Shown here piece by piece: positions 59,137 through 64,000 of a stretch of 64,000 nucleotides of DNA. Every line of letters begins with the position of its first letter. Position 1 is the stretch's first letter. This DNA comes from Takakia lepidozioides (lineage: Eukaryota > Plantae > Bryophyta), in contig CM060734.1 in the NCBI GenBank assembly GCA_030704615.1, positions 50,096,001 to 50,160,000 on the forward strand, given 5' to 3'. Both the position numbers and the translations under genes were made by a program. The notes beneath the pieces are model-generated. The model did no database searches. It was not told the DNA's origin and saw nothing but the letters and a program-made list of their open reading frames with translations.

Positions 59137-61473
59137 ATGGAGCCCAATATTTTTGATGAACTAGAAAGGGAAGTTGTTCCTGACATCAATGTTGATGATG
59201 AGAGAGTTTTGGTGGAGTGTCATGTTGCGGAGGATGCTCATCATGCAGCCTCATTTACATCAGTTCCTCAAGCCTCGGCTGCAATGTCATCTTCCACAGT
59301 TTCGCCATCACACACGGTGTTGGATGTGGAGGCGCAGCTCCCAGTACTTGAAAAACAACGGAATTTTTGGAAGCCCCACAATCGCACTGCTTCGACATGG
59401 GCATTCTATGCAACAAAAGACTCTGCTCCAGTGGACATAACAAATCCACAACAAATGAGGTGTGTTCTATGTCATCCTGTTGGTGTCACTCCTGCAAGCA
59501 AGAAGGGCATTGTGACCTATAATAAAACCAATGGTATCTCTGCCCTTCGAAAGCATGTGGATCAAGAACATGACTAGGTGGATTGAGAGGGAAAATGAAG
59601 GACCTGAGAAGGCCCGTAGGCCAACAAAAAAGAGGTCCGGCCCCACTCCTGGAAACATAGTTTTTTTTTCTTGGAGCTCCACTCCATACAACCAAAATGA
59701 TGATCAACAAAAGCAATTCAATGAGGATTTAGTCTTGTTCATTGCACATGAGTTGGTTCCACTGTTTTTGGTAGAATCCCCTTGGCTAAGAAGGATGGTG
59801 TTGAGGCAAAATCCTCGGATTGTTTTCCCTTCTCGACGGAATTTATGAATGAGGCCATTCCAATCTTGGCAGAGAAGACGAAAGAGCGCTACATGCCCCC
59901 ATCTCTTCAGAGTTGTGCTACTTGCTCTGTGAGTTTTGATTTGTGGATGTCAACAGGGGGAACTGACACTTTTGTCATCATAGCGCACTTTATTAATGAA
60001 CAGTGGGAGCAATGTCATGTGACTCTTGGCATGTTTGAGACACCTGACACATCTGGGGCTGCCATGGCACATCAAGTCAACAATCTTCTTGTGAAGTATG
60101 ACATCAATACTCGCATTATTGCTTACGTCAAAGATGAGGGAGGTAACTTGGCCACTTTGACCAATGCTTTGAATTCGGTGGTCTCTTGTGCGTGTTTGGG
60201 GTTGGATTCTCCATTTGTGGGTAGTTGTTTTGGGCATGCAATGTCCAAGTGTTGCCAGTATGCAACAAATGATGCAAAAGTATGCGCAGATATGAGATCG
60301 GTTTCTATAAAAAAATGCCCAATCAGAGTTGCAAAAAACCATTACTTGGACAAAAAAAAGTGGCAAAGGGAGACAAGAATGGGCAAATGCATGTGTGGAC
60401 AGCGATATTCATCCCCACAAATTGAAGACTTCGGTGAATACACGGTTTGCTTCCAAGATGATCATCTTCCAAGAGACTTTGGAGTTTAGGCAAGCCATAA
60501 TCACTTGTTACTCTAGGCAAACCTTATTGGCACTGCAGTCTCGCATACCAAGTCCACAAGTGTGGGCCATTGCCCAATCAATTTCTACAGTTCTAGGGCC
60601 TGTGGTTCATGAGTGCATTATGAATCAATCTAGGGGATTTTGGCTGTTGTCCGATGCTCTTAATGCAGCCATTGCCACAACAATTCGCATGCGAGGAAGT
60701 AGTGTTCCCAGGGCTGCAACTGTGGATCATTGCATGGGGGATTTCTCAACAGAGTTGACATTGTTGGAATGGCGGATGGCTCGAGAGGTGGTATATGTCT
60801 TGGAACCATTTCTTTATTTTTTGGAAGGGTTTCAATCGCGCAAAGCTCACAATATGCTCGCGCTTATGCTTGACCCACGTTACAAGGGGTTGTCATTGGT
60901 ATCACAATATGTGGGCAAAGAGTGTGCTTTGCATATTGTGTCCCAATATGATAGCATGGTGCTAGAGCCTCTTTTGGTAAAGTGTTTCAAGGTCTTACAT
61001 CCGGATATTCCGGCCCAATCACAGCCCACTTCCATAATGGACGAGATGTCTTTATTTGGTGTGCATGACCACAATGAAGACATGACATTGACAGTAGTGA
61101 GAGAACAATTATCACATTTCAGAAGGACGAAGATAATTGAGGGTGAGTGCGTGGCTCCTTTGAAATGGTGGAAAGAACACGAGTCTCTCTTCCGTATATG
61201 GGATTTTTGGCACGACTAATCTTGGGCATAGTTGGATCTCAGATTGAAGCTGAGAGGGTTTTTAGCATTGCATGTGTCATAACAAGCTTGAGACGGTGCA
61301 GGTTAAATATTGAAAACCGTGATATGCTTGTGAGTATAGTCAAGAATTGGTCAAATGATGCTAGAGTTGGTTGCTTTAGTACTTCCATGAAAGAGTTTTT
61401 GGATAGGGAAGAAGTCTTCTTAGATGAGAATAAGGACTTGATTGCAGAGGCAAACCGCTTTGAGATAGAATGA
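59137..61473 (+). pseudogene. hAT transposase pseudogene (stop codon and frameshifts)
   Basis: BED-like finger (WAFY...CVLC...LRKHVDQEH), SFDLWMS, YVKDEGGNL, CFGH, LMLDPRYK, and C-terminal domain PLKWW...LARLILGIVGSQIEAERVFS, spread over five ORFs. Confidence 0.93.
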
Positions 61474-64000
61474 TTTGTCTCAGAGACAAATTATTGTTCA
61501 ACATATTACACTATACTCCTTTGATTGGAGTTTGTTTATTTGTCATTTTTATTGAAAATTTCAGTGACATCCCGTGTACTTAGTTTGTTGTATGCTATAT
61601 CGACAAAGCATCATCCAAAAAACACAAATTTATGTAGTTTTTTTTAGTTGTGCTTTTGCTGCACCATAAAAAGTAACCATAGAATTACACATGTTTAATT
61701 TGTTTTGTATTTTGAATTAAGATCCTTATGTAGTTAGTTTGTTTTAGTTGTTCTTTGCTACACCGTACGAAAACTTATAAAATCTCTGGTTTTCCGTTTT
61801 TAATGGAGACCATGTGTATTTAACTTGTTATATATACCATAAAAGACAATCACAAAAAACATATAAGTTTATTTACTTCTGTTTTACTAATAAATTCCCT
61901 GGTTTTAGTTGAAAATTCTGAATATTCAGTATGACCAATCAGATCAGTTCATCTAATTTTCCAGAAGAATAAAAAAATTAAAAGAATTTAATATATTTTT
62001 AAAAAAGAATCGGAACCGGTGTTTTTTTTCCAGCAACTAACCGGTAACCGGAACCGCCCCCATGTTAAAAAGTCGGAACCTGAACCGGACCAGAACCGCC
62101 TTAATAAAAAATAACCGGATCCGGATCCGGAACCGTCTCTTCAAAAATTTGTGGAACTAGAACCGAAGGTTCCTTCACAAAGGAACCGCCCAACACTGGT
62201 ATCAACTCTGGTATCATCCTTTATGTGTATTGTATTTATTTTCACTTGATATTTGCTATTTGATAAACTTGTAATTCAAGATGGCTTTAGAAGTAAATAC
62301 ACATAAATATAAATGTATAGGAAAATGTACACATAAATTAATATGGTACACATACCAGAGTAAATGAGGTAGACTTCGGGGGAGTACTGGTATTGTGACT
62401 CGTGTGAAAAAACTGATACCAGCCTGGTCTGGTATATGGCCAAGTATTCTCCCAAACGACACCAGACTGGTCTGGTATCTAATACCAGTGCATATACCAG
62501 TACTTTATACCAGTCCTTTATATACCAGTCCAACACTGGTATCGACGAAACCTGCACGGATGGATGGAGGTCTGTTTAAATCTATTAGCGGCTCTGACAA
62601 TGAATGCGCTGATCAACGTGATCGTCTGTCGCAGCGTGTGTATTCAAGAAACGTTTTGTGGGTGTTAAAGTTGTTAATGGCAGCGCGTGATGGACGAGAC
62701 CTCCTCTCTTCTGCTGCCTCTACTCACACATTCAGATCCTCAGACCTTCGCCAAATACTTACATTGCAGTATGCGAGAAATCTTTCGTTTTGGTGCACAG
62801 TCTATGCAGACATTGCGCAGGCCGATAAGTTCTCGCTCTTGATGCCTTCGACAAATCCCCAGTTGATAAACTTGTCGAAGACTGCAGACATTAAGCCTTG
62901 CTCGCTTCTCCGAGCAGCGTGCAAAGTATACTAGGGCATTGGGGTGCCATAGCAAAACTGCTGCCAAAATCAGGACTGGACAGTGCAGGAGCACCATCTT
63001 CCCTCTCGCATTGTGCTGAAACATGATCACGAATAGGTAGGTACTGTGAAGTGTCGATTTTATTCCTCTCATCCAAGTTCAAGATGGGGAGGTAGGCGTA
63101 GGGTTTGGTTCCACATCACATCCAGAATTTTTAAGTGTGCAATTGTCTGCTTCATGTATACTTTATGAAGTAAATTCAGGGGACTGCAGACCAAAATTGA
63201 GTGAACCACCATTTTGTTTCAAGCCCCATCTCAGTGCTCAAGTCTAAAATAGGGTTATCATCACGTTTTGTATCTTTCAAGACCTTTGACTTTGCAGTTT
63301 GATTGTTTTTGGCATTTTGTTGGGGCCAAGACTACACTGCTGGACCTCTTCTCAACAACCTGTCCCTCCCTTCTGCAAAGTTCCTAGTCCCAGTTTTTGT
63401 CTACAACTCTGCATGCGACTGTTGTATTTTTTTGGACAACTTATCAATCCAAAGTCTGTAAAGTGTTGCAAACTGCAGAGGTAGAACTTTGCTGTGAGAT
63501 TCATGAACAGCACCAACATCACATTGGGTCTGGTCGAAGGACTAGGGTTGGTGTGCTCGAAACTCGTGCCTATCCAGCCCAGGTTAACTGAACAGCACCA
63601 ACTGAACTGCACTAAACTTCAGTTGTGAACAAGGAGCCGAGTCAGTTGGCCGAGATGCAGCCCTTCCCCCTCTCCTCAATTCTTGTGGTTAGCTGGCATG
63701 GTCGCCTCTACAGAAGCTACTTACCATCCACTCAGAGGGATTAGCATGTCAAGTGATGACTGAAAGAAAGGAAAACAAGTAGAGCCGCTTGTTCTTTTTG
63801 CATTTGCTCATGCAATTCAGTTACCACAACATACACAGTCCCTACAACTGCAAGCAACAATTGCTAGTTTAGTAACAGATCGGATGTCTCACGGCAATAT
63901 ACAAGGAATCCATCGGGGCAATCCATCAGGGCCCAACAGTCCGCCACTTTTAGCACCACAATATCCTACTGGATAATCTAGCATCAAAACTTTCTGCATG

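Larger units (their letters stand above)
56511..62198 (+). mobile_element. Full-length hAT DNA transposon (5688 bp) with a defective transposase
   Basis: 15-bp TIR CAGTGTTGGGCGGTT (56511-56525 / 62184-62198). Perfect TSD GTATCAAC (56503-56510 and 62199-62206). GAACCG subterminal repeats at both ends. Confidence 0.96.
56340..62538. mobile_element. hAT MITE (~500 bp when empty), split by a nested hAT element
   Basis: 17-bp TIR CAGTGTTGGACTGGTAT (56340-56356 / 62522-62538). Perfect 8-bp TSD GTATCGAC (56332-56339 and 62539-62546). Confidence 0.95.

Noticed and set aside
62395-63612. ORFs at the right edge as a protein-coding gene
   Set aside because: The longest begins inside the MITE and none has recognisable motifs. 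The region may be the 5' leader of a gene outside the window.
63760-63975. CLE-like peptide (RGNPSGPNSPPL)
   Set aside because: It lacks the conserved P9/H11/N12 residues, the frame has an upstream stop, and there is no convincing signal peptide.

Overview
Eukaryotic nuclear DNA from a land plant, probably a bryophyte-grade or other non-seed lineage (inferred from the spliceosomal introns, plastid transit peptides and TE families). It holds six apparently intact host genes: RUB/NEDD8 E2 RCE1/UBC12, a fasciclin-like AGP, a MAGL/CSE-like alpha/beta-hydrolase, an FAD monooxygenase, a CRTISO-like oxidoreductase and a plant-type ferredoxin. It also holds a 5'-truncated LPAT2 pseudogene. About half the window is nested transposon debris: two Ty3/Gypsy relics, CACTA, MULE, hAT, LINE and SINE fragments, and several MITEs. 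Five things stand out. (1) A ~12-kb MULE carries a SWIM transposase, a Ulp1/C48 protease and orphan exons, and is saturated with one short motif (AGTCTG/CAGACT), an architecture like the VANDAL/VANC anti-silencing system. (2) A hAT element's leader is a tandem array of ~11 repeated intron/mini-exon units. (3) A Gypsy pol has a dUTPase domain between protease and RT. (4) A palindromic repeat-and-spacer array sits beside a Myb/SANT fragment. (5) A hAT element is nested in a hAT MITE, both at GTATCRAC targets. Exon coordinates and motif counts were read by eye; no searches were run.
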